Assembly: GCA_965206285.1 (NCBI GenBank) | Contig: OZ242205.1 | Coordinates: 3,330,149-3,394,148, forward strand | DNA from: Vicinamibacterales bacterium | GTDB taxonomy: Bacteria > Acidobacteriota > Vicinamibacteria > Vicinamibacterales > UBA8438 | Direction: 5' to 3' | Length of the DNA: 64,000 bases | The notes under the pieces: generated by a model | Told to the model about the DNA's origin: nothing | The model's input: the letters and a program-made list of their open reading frames with translations, nothing else | The model's database searches: none | Program-made: the position numbers and the translations under genes | In this document: positions 45,278-53,320 of the stretch, piece after piece | How positions within the stretch are numbered: position 1 is the stretch's first letter | Layout: every line of letters begins with the position of its first letter

Positions 45278-46468
45278 GTGACGGCGGCGGCAGGCTCGAT
45301 CGTGATCGTGGGCGGCGGGGTGGTCGGATCGAGCATCGCCTACCACCTCGTCCGCGACGGCTGTCCGGGTCGCGTGGTGGTGGTCGAACGGGACCCGACC
45401 TACGCCCGCGCCTCGACGTTCCTCGCCATGGGGGGCATCCGCCAGCAGTTCAGCTCTGCCGTCAACATCCAGCTCGCGCAGTACGGCACGCGGTTCTACG
45501 CCGCGTTCGATCGCCGCATGCGCGTGCCCGACCACACGCCCCGGGCCGACTTCCGGCAGCGCGGCTACCTCTTCCTCGTCGACGAGGCGGCGTCGGACCG
45601 CTTCGCGGCGCGGCTCGAGCGGCAACGCCGGCTCGGGGCGCGGGTGCGGCGGCTCGAGGTCGACGACATTCGGGCCCTCGCCCCGGATCTGCGGCTGGAC
45701 GACATCCGCTTCGGCGTCTTCGGCCCCGACGACGGCTACGGCGAGCCGCGCGAGGTGCTCGCGGGGTTCCGGGCCGCGGCCGCCGCCGCCGGCGTCTGCT
45801 ACCGCACCGCGGAAGTCGTCGATCTGACCCGGCGGGCGGGCCGCGTCGCCGGGGTCGTCCTGAACGACGGCGAACGGATGGCGGCGGATGCCGTCGTCAA
45901 CGCGGCGGGACCGTTCGCGCGCCGGCTCGCGGCGCTGGCCGGCCTCGATCTCCCCGTCCAGCCGGTGCGCCAGCACCTGTTCCGGTGCGCCCTGCCGGTG
46001 CGCCTGCCCTACCGGCTTCCGATGGTCGTCGACCCCACCGGTGTGCACTGGCGGCATGACGATACCGGGGACCGACCGGGACCCGACCGGCTGGTCGTCG
46101 CCTGCACGAAGCTCGACGAGCCCCCCGGCGAGAACTTCGCCTGCGACCACGACCGCTGGGAGTCGGACTTCCGGCCGCCGCTCCTGGCGCGGATGCCCCG
46201 CCTGGCCCCGATAGAGCTGGTCGAAGGATGGGCGGGGCTCTACGCCATGACCCCCGACCACAACCCGCTGCTCGGCGAGCACCCGGACGCCCCGGGCCTC
46301 TTCCTCGCCAACGGGTTCAGCGGCCATGGCCTGATGATCGCCCCGGCGATCGGCAAGGTCCTGTCGGAGCTGATTCGTCTGGGCCGCGCCGAGACCGTCG
46401 ACGTGAGCTGCTTCGCTCCGGACCGGTTCGACCGCGGCGAAGCGGTGCACGACGAGGCGATGATCTGA
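45278..46468 (+). CDS. FAD-dependent oxidoreductase (DAO/sarcosine-oxidase-beta-like)
   Basis: GTG start. SIVIVGGGVVGSSIAYHL (GxGxxG)...ANGFSGHGLMIAPAIG. Confidence 0.85.
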   Translation: MTAAAGSIVIVGGGVVGSSIAYHLVRDGCPGRVVVVERDPTYARASTFLAMGGIRQQFSSAVNIQLAQYGTRFYAAFDRRMRVPDHTPRADFRQRGYLFLVDEAASDRFAARLERQRRLGARVRRLEVDDIRALAPDLRLDDIRFGVFGPDDGYGEPREVLAGFRAAAAAAGVCYRTAEVVDLTRRAGRVAGVVLNDGERMAADAVVNAAGPFARRLAALAGLDLPVQPVRQHLFRCALPVRLPYRLPMVVDPTGVHWRHDDTGDRPGPDRLVVACTKLDEPPGENFACDHDRWESDFRPPLLARMPRLAPIELVEGWAGLYAMTPDHNPLLGEHPDAPGLFLANGFSGHGLMIAPAIGKVLSELIRLGRAETVDVSCFAPDRFDRGEAVHDEAMI

Positions 46469-46472
46469 CCGC

Positions 46473-46535
46473 GCGCGACCTGACGGTCGCGTTGGAAGTT
46501 TCGCCAACGCGAAACTTCTACGGCGCAAGCACCTG
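46473..46535. repeat. Double-hairpin REP-like element, copy 1, immediately after a stop codon
   Basis: GCGCGACCTGACGGTCGCG TTG GAAGTTTCGCCAACGCGAAACTTC TACGGCGCAAGCACCTG. Confidence 0.8.
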
Positions 46536-46564
46536 GCGGGGCGTCGCCTCCCGGCGACGGTCCG

Positions 46565-46570
46565 TATAAT
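46565..46570 (+). promoter_or_regulatory. Candidate -10 box (TATAAT) 12 nt before the ATG at 46582; suggests a near-leaderless mRNA
   Basis: Perfect TATAAT in a GC-rich context. No convincing -35 box or SD. Confidence 0.35.
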
Positions 46571-46581
46571 GGCGTGATTCC

Positions 46582-47223
46582 ATGATCGTCGCGCCGGAGA
46601 TCGAAGACTACCTGGCGTCGCTGACGCCGGAAGATCCGTTGCTGGCCCGCGCCGCGGCGGAGGGGCATGCGGAACGCCTGCCGATCGTCGAGCGAACCGT
46701 CGGGCGCTTCCTTGAAGCGGTGGTCCTGGCCAACCGCGCCCGCCGGGTGCTCGAGATCGGCGCCGCCAACGGCTACGCGGCCCTGTGGCTCGCCCGATCC
46801 CTGCCCGAGGACGGCGGACTCATCTCGATGGAGATCGATCCGCGCCGCGCCGCGATGGCGCGCATCCATCTGGAGGCGGCGGGGCTCGGCGACCGGGCGC
46901 ACGTCATCGTCGGCGACGCCGCCCGCATGGTGCACAAGGTTGCCGGTCCCTTCGACGTCATCTTCAACGCCGGCGACCAACGACAGTACGGACCGCTGCT
47001 CGACCGGCTGGTGGCCCTGCTCCGCCCGGGCGGCGTTCTGATTACGGGCAACGTGCTCGGGGCGGGCGCGGTCGTTCCGGGGCTCGCGGAATCGCCGAGC
47101 CGGCCAGCGGACGAGGGGGACGCGCTCGCCGCCTACAACCGGCGGCTCGCGGCGGATCCCCGTCTCGTGACCAGCTTTCTCCCGGTGGGGAACGGCATCG
47201 CGGTGTCGGTGAGGTCACGATGA
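46582..47223 (+). CDS. Class I SAM-dependent O-methyltransferase (family 3, caffeoyl-CoA OMT/YrrM-like)
   Basis: VLEIGAANGYAALWLA...LISMEIDPRRAAMAR...FDVIFNAGDQRQY...LRPGGVLITGNVL. Confidence 0.85.
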   Translation: MIVAPEIEDYLASLTPEDPLLARAAAEGHAERLPIVERTVGRFLEAVVLANRARRVLEIGAANGYAALWLARSLPEDGGLISMEIDPRRAAMARIHLEAAGLGDRAHVIVGDAARMVHKVAGPFDVIFNAGDQRQYGPLLDRLVALLRPGGVLITGNVLGAGAVVPGLAESPSRPADEGDALAAYNRRLAADPRLVTSFLPVGNGIAVSVRSR

Positions 47224-47278
47224 CGCACCGCGGAGGGAGGGCCGCCCGCACGCCGCGCCGGCAGGACGGGTCCCGGAC

Positions 47279-47455
47279 ATGACCATCGATCGGTGGCTGC
47301 GCGGCGCCACGGAGGACGCCGAGCGGCGGCAGCAGCCCGGCCTGATACCGCGCCTCGCGGCGTTGGCCGCGGCCACCCGCGACCTGCGCGGCGCGGCCTG
47401 GAACCGGGAAGCGGTCCCGCCGGGCCCTCCCCCGCGCGCCCCGGAAGAGCCGTGA
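47279..47455 (+). CDS. Small ORF (58 aa) translationally coupled to the amidase gene
   Basis: ATG at 47279 (MTIDRWLRGATEDAERRQQPGLIPRLAALAAATRDLRGAAWNRE...). Its TGA overlaps the amidase GTG (GTGA at 47452-47455). Not in the ORF track (under 60 aa). Confidence 0.3.
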   Translation: MTIDRWLRGATEDAERRQQPGLIPRLAALAAATRDLRGAAWNREAVPPGPPPRAPEEP

Positions 47456-48816
47456 CCACCTCCTGGTGCGATCAGCCTTTGCACCGGCTCGCGGCCGCGA
47501 TCAGGACCGGCGCGGTCCCGGTGCGCGCGGTCGTCGACGCCGCCCTCGAGCGCATCCGGGCCCGCGACGGGACCCTCAACGCCTTCACCGCCGTGCTCGA
47601 CGCCACCGCCGCGGCCCAGGCCGACGCGGCGGGGCGGGAGATCGCGTCGGGCCGGTACCGGGGTCCGCTGCACGGCGTGCCCGTCTCCGTCAAGGACCTC
47701 ATCGATGTCGCGGGCGTTCCGACCACCGCCGCCTCGCGGGTGCCGGGCGGCCCGCCGCCGGCCGCGGACGCGGCGGCGGTGGGGCGGCTGCGGGAGGCCG
47801 GCGCCATCCTCATCGGCAAGTGCAACCTGCACGAGTTCGCGTTCGGCACCACCGGGGAAGACTCGGCCTTCGGCCCCGCCCGCCACCCCCTCGACCCGGG
47901 CCGGTCGCCGGGCGGGTCGAGCAGCGGGTCGGCGGTCTCGGTGGCCGCCGGCATGGCCTGGGCCTCGATCGGCACCGATACCGGCGGGTCCATCCGCATT
48001 CCCGCCGCCGCCTGCGGTCTGGTGGGGTTGAAACCGACCTTCGGCGAGGTGTCGTGCGACGGCGTCGTCCCCCTCGCGCCGAGCCTCGATCACGTGGGAC
48101 CGCTAGCGCGCTGCGTAGCCGACGCCCGGCTGGTCCTGCGCGCCCTGCGGCCGGCCGCCCCGGTCCGCCCCGTCGCGTGCGACCCGGTGACGCGGCGGCT
48201 CGGCTGCCCGCGCCGGTTCTTCCTCGACCAGCTCGATCCGGCGGTGCGCGAAGCCTTCGAAGGGGCCCTCGGGCGCCTGCGCGACGCCGGGTGGGACCTG
48301 CGCGACACCCCCATCCGCCACGCCGAGGACACCCCCGCCGTCTGTCTGCATCTGGTGCTGGCGGAGGCCGCCGCCACCCACGCGTACGGCCTCGACCATC
48401 ATGCGGACCGCTACTCCGCCGACGTGCGGCTGCGGCTGGAGCTCGGCCGGTACGTGCTGGGCGAAGACTACGTGCGCGCCCAACGCGGGCGCGAAGTGCT
48501 CGCCGCCTCCGTCGACGCCGCGTTGACCGGCTGCGACGCCCTCGTGCTGCCGGCCCTGGCGGTGCCGGCCCCGCGGCTGGGCGCGGACGGCGTCGACATC
48601 GATGGCCGGTCGGAGCCCCTGCGACCGCTCATGCTCCGGCTGACCCAGCTCTTCAACGCCACCGGGCACCCGGCCATCTCGATACCCTGCGGGCCGACCT
48701 CCGGCGGACTGCCGTGCGGCCTGCAGCTCGTCGGATTGCGGAACCGCACCGACCACCTCCTGGACGTGGCGGAGGCGTGCGAGGCGGCGCTGGCGCGACC
48801 TCACGGTCGCGTCTGA
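47452..48816 (+). CDS. Amidase-signature enzyme (GatA-like amidase)
   Basis: LHGVPVSVKDLIDVAGVPTTAAS...GGSSSGSAVSVAAGMAWASIGTDTGGSIRIPAAACG. GTG at 47452 within ORF 47293-48816. Confidence 0.85.
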   Translation: MTTSWCDQPLHRLAAAIRTGAVPVRAVVDAALERIRARDGTLNAFTAVLDATAAAQADAAGREIASGRYRGPLHGVPVSVKDLIDVAGVPTTAASRVPGGPPPAADAAAVGRLREAGAILIGKCNLHEFAFGTTGEDSAFGPARHPLDPGRSPGGSSSGSAVSVAAGMAWASIGTDTGGSIRIPAAACGLVGLKPTFGEVSCDGVVPLAPSLDHVGPLARCVADARLVLRALRPAAPVRPVACDPVTRRLGCPRRFFLDQLDPAVREAFEGALGRLRDAGWDLRDTPIRHAEDTPAVCLHLVLAEAAATHAYGLDHHADRYSADVRLRLELGRYVLGEDYVRAQRGREVLAASVDAALTGCDALVLPALAVPAPRLGADGVDIDGRSEPLRPLMLRLTQLFNATGHPAISIPCGPTSGGLPCGLQLVGLRNRTDHLLDVAEACEAALARPHGRV

Positions 48817-48855
48817 AGTTTCGCTGGCGCGAAACTTCTGCGGCGCAAGCCCCTG
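48793..48855. repeat. Double-hairpin REP-like element, copy 2 (the first hairpin overlaps the last amidase codons)
   Basis: GCGCGACCTCACGGTCGCG TCT GAAGTTTCGCTGGCGCGAAACTTC TGCGGCGCAAGCCCCTG. Confidence 0.8.
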
Positions 48856-48870
48856 TCCGACCGAGCGTCA

Positions 48871-49335
48871 CTACTGCGCGGGCCCGCCCCCCTCGACGGC
48901 CTGCCGGCGGAGAGCCTCGTAACCCCGGTCGTCCGCGCCGCCGGTCTCCACCGGCAGCCCCGCCGGAGCCCAGCCCTCGGCGATCACCTGGCCGGTGGCG
49001 GGGTCGCGGCGCCCGCCGAACCCGCCGTCGACGTTGACCGCCGCCTCGTAGCCGGCGCCGGCCAGCAGTTGCGCCGCGCGGGCAGAGCGGCCGCCCATCT
49101 GACAGCCGATCAGCAGCTTGGCGCCGGGGGGGAAATGCGCCTGCATGACGGCGAGGAAATCGGGGTTCGGCTGCATCTGCCGGGTCTGCTCGTCCAGATG
49201 CAGCAGCGGCACGCTCGAGGCCCCCTCGGGATGCCCGTTCTGGAACTCGGGCACCGACCGGACGTCGATATAGGAGTACCCTTCCTCGGTCTGGAGGCGC
49301 CGGGCCTCGTGCACGCCGACGTTCGTTACGCTCAT
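48871..49335 (-). CDS. Rhodanese-domain sulfurtransferase
   Basis: ATG at 49335: MSVTNVGVHEARRLQTEEGYSYIDVRSVPEFQNGHPEGA...LLIGCQMGGRSARAAQLL (active-site Cys loop). Confidence 0.85.
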   Translation of the reverse strand: MSVTNVGVHEARRLQTEEGYSYIDVRSVPEFQNGHPEGASSVPLLHLDEQTRQMQPNPDFLAVMQAHFPPGAKLLIGCQMGGRSARAAQLLAGAGYEAAVNVDGGFGGRRDPATGQVIAEGWAPAGLPVETGGADDRGYEALRRQAVEGGGPAQ

Positions 49336-49377
49336 CGCCACTCCTTGGTTCAACGGTTCGCAGGTCATACTACCCGG

Positions 49378-50382
49378 GTGATCGGGAGATTCTTTCACGC
49401 CTGGGAACGCCGGCTGGCCGCCGCCACCACGAATCGCGTCGTTCGTCCCTTCGAGTGGGGACTCGACTGGATCGATCACCGGGGCAATTCGTCCGCCGAC
49501 CCGGCGCAGCGCATGGAGGAAGCGGCGGCGGCCGCGCTGTCCGACCCGGGCTGGTTCGCATCGGCGCCCTGTCCGGACTACGTCCTGAGAGACGGCCGGC
49601 TGACCTTTCCGAGCCAGATCGAGACGCCGCACACGGCCAACAACACCGTGCATGCCCGGTACTTCCCGGCCGAATCGGGGGACCGGCGCCGGGCGGTGCT
49701 GGTCCTGCCGCAGTGGAACGCGGATGCGGAAGCGCACGCCGGCCTGTGCCGGTTCCTCGCGCGGGTGGGGATCAGCGCCCTCCGCCTGAGCCTGCCGTAT
49801 CACGATGCCCGCATGCCGCCGGAGCTCGAACGGGCCGACTATATCGTCAGCGCCAACATCGGCCGCACGCTGCAGGTGAATCGGCAGGCGGTCCTCGACT
49901 CCCGCCGGGCGATCGCGTGGCTGGACGCGCAGGGCCACGACCGCATCGGCATTCTGGGCACCAGCCTCGGGTCGTGCCTGGCCTCGCTCACCGCCGCGCA
50001 CGAGCCGCGGGTCAGGGCCGCGGCCCTCAACCACGTCTCGCCGTACTTCGCCGACGTCGTCTGGGACGGCCTGTCCACCGCGCACGTGCGCGCCGGCCTC
50101 GACGGGGCCATCGACATCGACCGGCTTCGCCGGCTGTGGCTCCCGATCAGTCCGTACCCCTACATCGAGCGGATGCGCGGCACCCGGGTGCTCCTCGTGT
50201 ACGCGCTGTACGATCTGTCGTTCCCGGTCCACCTGTCCCGCCGGTTCGTCGCGGAATGCGGGCGCCGCGGCCTCCACCCGCGGGTGTTCGCCCTGCCGTG
50301 CGGACACTACTCGACCGGCGAGACGCCGTTCAAGTGGCTGGACGGCTATGTCCTGATCCAGTTCCTGCGGCGCAACCTGTAG
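49378..50382 (+). CDS. Alpha/beta-hydrolase-fold protein
   Basis: AVLVLPQWNAD...IGILGTSLGSCLA (GxSxG nucleophile elbow)...LPCGHYS. GTG at 49378 chosen to avoid overlapping the rhodanese gene. Confidence 0.7.
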   Translation: MIGRFFHAWERRLAAATTNRVVRPFEWGLDWIDHRGNSSADPAQRMEEAAAAALSDPGWFASAPCPDYVLRDGRLTFPSQIETPHTANNTVHARYFPAESGDRRRAVLVLPQWNADAEAHAGLCRFLARVGISALRLSLPYHDARMPPELERADYIVSANIGRTLQVNRQAVLDSRRAIAWLDAQGHDRIGILGTSLGSCLASLTAAHEPRVRAAALNHVSPYFADVVWDGLSTAHVRAGLDGAIDIDRLRRLWLPISPYPYIERMRGTRVLLVYALYDLSFPVHLSRRFVAECGRRGLHPRVFALPCGHYSTGETPFKWLDGYVLIQFLRRNL

Positions 50383-50468
50383 ATCGGCGGCGGCGCGGCG
50401 GGCGGAACACCGCCAGGGGCTTCCCCGGGAACTCGTGGCGAAACCGCCCGGGGCCCTCTTCCCATGGG

Positions 50469-50693
50469 TCAGAGATACTGGATGAGGCGCTGGATGGCCT
50501 CGTAGATCACCGTGGCGAGCTCGCGGACCAGGGGCGTGACGTCCTGCTCGTTGACGGCATCGGCCACCGTCACCGGATCGGTCAGCAACAGCCAGATCGT
50601 GGCGGCGGCCACCGTGACCGCGAGCACCCCCACGACGCCGACGATGCTGACGCTGATCCGGGCGAGACTCCGCATGGCCGAACTCCCGGACAT
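50469..50693 (-). CDS. Small membrane protein
   Basis: MSGSSAMRSLARISVSIVGVVGVLAVTVAAATIWLLLTDPVTVADAVNEQDVTPLVRELATVIYEAIQRLIQYL. Confidence 0.45.
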   Translation of the reverse strand: MSGSSAMRSLARISVSIVGVVGVLAVTVAAATIWLLLTDPVTVADAVNEQDVTPLVRELATVIYEAIQRLIQYL

Positions 50694-50743
50694 CCGATTT
50701 CCTTGGACGAGAAACCGGGGCGATTGGTTTGCCGGACACCCGT

Positions 50744-51760
50744 TCAGGGCAGCAGGACGACCTTTCCGAACTGCGCCCGGTCCTCCACCCGGCGCTGGGC
50801 CTCGGCGGCCTCCTCCAGCGGGTAGGTCCGGTCGACGACCGGCTCGAACCGGCCCTCGAAGAAAAGCTCGGCCGCCCGGAGCAGCTCCCCCTTCGATCCG
50901 GCGTAGCATCCCATCAGCGAGATCTGCCGCGTGAACAGATGCCGGATGTCGATCGACCCGACGGGGCCGGTGGTGGCGCCGCAGGTGACCAGCCGCCCCC
51001 CCCGCCGCAGACTCTTGGTCGACTGCTCCCAGGTCGCCTGTCCGACGTGCTCGAACACCACGTCCACGCCGCGGCGGTCGGTGAACCGCCGCACCTCCCG
51101 GGCGACGTCCTCCTGGTAGTGGTCGATGCCTTCGTGCGCCCCGAGCGCCTTGGCCCGCTCGAGCTTCTCGGCCGACCCGGCGGTCACGATGATGCGGGCG
51201 CCCTGGGCGCGCGCCACCTGGATCGCCGCCTGCCCGACGCCGCTGCCGGCGGCGAGAATGAGGACCGTCTCTCCCGGCCGCAACTGGGCGCGGGTGACCA
51301 GCATGTGCCACGCCGACAGAAAGGTCAGCGGAAACGCCGCCGCCTCCACGAAGCCGATCCCGTCCGGGATCGGAACCACGTTCTCGACCGGGACCGTGAC
51401 GAGCTCGGCATAGCCGCCCTCCGACTGGTGCCCGATCAGGCCGAAGCTCCGGCACAGATTGTCCTGGCCGTTGAGGCAGGCGATGCACCTGCCGCAGCTG
51501 ATGCCCGGCTGCAGGAGAACCCGCACCCCCTCGCCGACCCCGTGGGCCTCGCCGCGCACGACCTCGCCGGCGATGTCGGTGCCGGGAGAGTGCGGCAAGG
51601 GCACGCCGGGAATGCCGCGGCGCTGCCACAGATCGAGATGGTTGAGCGCGCAGGCGCGCACGCGGACCAGCACCTCGCCGGGCGCCGGCTCCGGATCCGG
51701 AACCTCCTCGCACCGCAGCACGTCGAGCCCGCCGTGTTCGTGGAAGCGGACAGCCTTCAT
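50744..51760 (-). CDS. Zn-dependent alcohol dehydrogenase / MDR-family oxidoreductase
   Basis: MKAVRFHEHGG...CALNHLD...structural Zn CGRCIACLNGQDNLC...LILAAGSGVGQAAIQVA. Confidence 0.9.
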   Translation of the reverse strand: MKAVRFHEHGGLDVLRCEEVPDPEPAPGEVLVRVRACALNHLDLWQRRGIPGVPLPHSPGTDIAGEVVRGEAHGVGEGVRVLLQPGISCGRCIACLNGQDNLCRSFGLIGHQSEGGYAELVTVPVENVVPIPDGIGFVEAAAFPLTFLSAWHMLVTRAQLRPGETVLILAAGSGVGQAAIQVARAQGARIIVTAGSAEKLERAKALGAHEGIDHYQEDVAREVRRFTDRRGVDVVFEHVGQATWEQSTKSLRRGGRLVTCGATTGPVGSIDIRHLFTRQISLMGCYAGSKGELLRAAELFFEGRFEPVVDRTYPLEEAAEAQRRVEDRAQFGKVVLLP

Positions 51761-51787
51761 CCTGGCATTCTCCCGGCAGACAGCCAG

Positions 51788-51924
51788 CCGCGACATCGCC
51801 GCCCGGCGGCGCCGCTGCCCGCCCCAACCAACCCTACAGGAATCCCCACCGTTCTCCGCCGCGGGCTCCCGGCCCGCGCATCGCCGCCCCGCGGCGCCGC
51901 TTCCCGCGCAACCGACCCTCCAGG
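51788..51924. repeat. Two tandem ~50-bp units of the CCAACC.ACCCT.CAGG intergenic repeat
   Basis: CCGCGACATCGCCGCCCGGCGGCGCCGCTGCCCGCCCCAACCAACCCTACAGG and CCGCGCATCGCCGCCCCGCGGCGCCGCTTCCCGCGCAACCGACCCTCCAGG. Related to the unit at ~40672-40718. Confidence 0.6.
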
Positions 51925-51931
51925 AGTGGAC

Positions 51932-53320
51932 CTACGGCGCGGATTCCTGTCCGTCCACGCGTTGCGCGTCCCCCAGCGGCAGAGCATCGAGCCCCGGCGC
52001 GATCTGCGCCGCGGGCCCGACGACCACGACGACGGCGCGGTCGGCCTGAAGGTGCCGCGCGGCGGCGGCGGTCACCGCCGGTGCGTCGACCGCCTCCACC
52101 GCGGGCACGAAGCGATCGTGCTCGTCGGCCGGCAGATCGTACTGCACGAGCTGGGCCACCCCCCGCGCCACCTGCCCCGCGGTCTCGAATCCCCGGGCGA
52201 ACCCGCGAGTCAGGGCCGACCGCGCCAGGTCGAGCTCCGGCCGCGTCACCGGCCGGTCCCCGCCGATCGCCGCCATCTCCTCGAGCACCTCCCGGATCGT
52301 CTCGACGGTGGCATCCGCCTGCACGCTGCCCTGCATCACGAACGGACCCGGCTCCCGCCGAAATCGGAACGCCGTCCGCACCCCGTAGGTGTACCCCTTC
52401 TCCTCGCGCAGGCTCCGGTTGAGACGACTGACGAACTGGCCGCCCAGCACCATGTTGAGCACCTGAAGCGCATGATACCCGGAGGTCCGTCGGGCCGCCG
52501 CCACGTGGCCGATCCGCAGCTCCGACTGCACCGCGCCGGGGCGGTCGACGAGCACCAGCCGGGCCGGGGGCGGTCCCGGCACGCCGGCCTCGGGCCGAAC
52601 ATCCCCTTCCGGCGCGTCCGCCTCCAGCGCCGGCAGATCGCCCAGCGCCCGCTCCGCCATGTCCGCGAAAGCGGCATCGGAGAACGGCCCGGTGGCAATC
52701 AACGTGGCGGCGCCGAGCCGATACCGCGCGCGGTGGAAGCGCCGGGCATCGTCGGCGGTCATGCGCGAGAGCGCCGCGTCGGTGCCGATGCCGAGATGTC
52801 CGTAGGGGTGCCCGGGATAGAGGGTCTCCAGATAGACGCGCTCCGCGACGGCCGCGGGGACCATGCGCATCTGGCGCACCCGGCTGCGCCGGAGCTGCCG
52901 CACGCGATCGAAGTCGGCGTCGGCGAAGCGCGGCTCCGTCACGATCTCGAGCAGCAGCGCCAGCCCCGCGGCGGCATGACGCTCGAGGGTGGTGAGGGAC
53001 ACCATCGTCGCGTCCGCCCCCACCTGCACCCCGAGCCGTGCGCCGATGCGGTCGAGGGCGGCATGCAGCTCCAGGGAGGATCGTGACCGCGTGCCTTCGT
53101 CGAGGAGGTCCGCGGTGAGAGCGGCGAGGCCCGGTCGGGCCGCCGGATCCCACGCCGTCCCGGTGGGCCAGAGCAGCAGCCAGTGGACCACCGGCGGCCC
53201 CGGATGCCGGCCGGTGCGCAGGACCATGCCGGAGGTCAGGCGATGCACGCCCACGGCGGGAAACCGTACCGCCGGGGCCGGACCGGGCGCGGGCAGGCGG
53301 CTTCGGTCCACCGGCGCCAT
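51932..53320 (-). CDS. M16-family peptidase, non-catalytic (beta-type) subunit
   Basis: ATG at 53320 (ATGA overlap with the upstream gene). MAPVDRSRLP... M16 fold without an HxxEH motif. Confidence 0.85.
   Translation of the reverse strand: MAPVDRSRLPAPGPAPAVRFPAVGVHRLTSGMVLRTGRHPGPPVVHWLLLWPTGTAWDPAARPGLAALTADLLDEGTRSRSSLELHAALDRIGARLGVQVGADATMVSLTTLERHAAAGLALLLEIVTEPRFADADFDRVRQLRRSRVRQMRMVPAAVAERVYLETLYPGHPYGHLGIGTDAALSRMTADDARRFHRARYRLGAATLIATGPFSDAAFADMAERALGDLPALEADAPEGDVRPEAGVPGPPPARLVLVDRPGAVQSELRIGHVAAARRTSGYHALQVLNMVLGGQFVSRLNRSLREEKGYTYGVRTAFRFRREPGPFVMQGSVQADATVETIREVLEEMAAIGGDRPVTRPELDLARSALTRGFARGFETAGQVARGVAQLVQYDLPADEHDRFVPAVEAVDAPAVTAAAARHLQADRAVVVVVGPAAQIAPGLDALPLGDAQRVDGQESAP

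Noticed and set aside
48871-51827. Long minus-strand ORFs 48871-50739 (622 aa) and 50469-51827 (452 aa)
   Set aside because: Only their 3' ends look coding (rhodanese 48871-49335; small membrane protein 50469-50693). The upstream parts overlap the well-supported alpha/beta hydrolase (plus strand) and Zn-ADH (different frame) genes.
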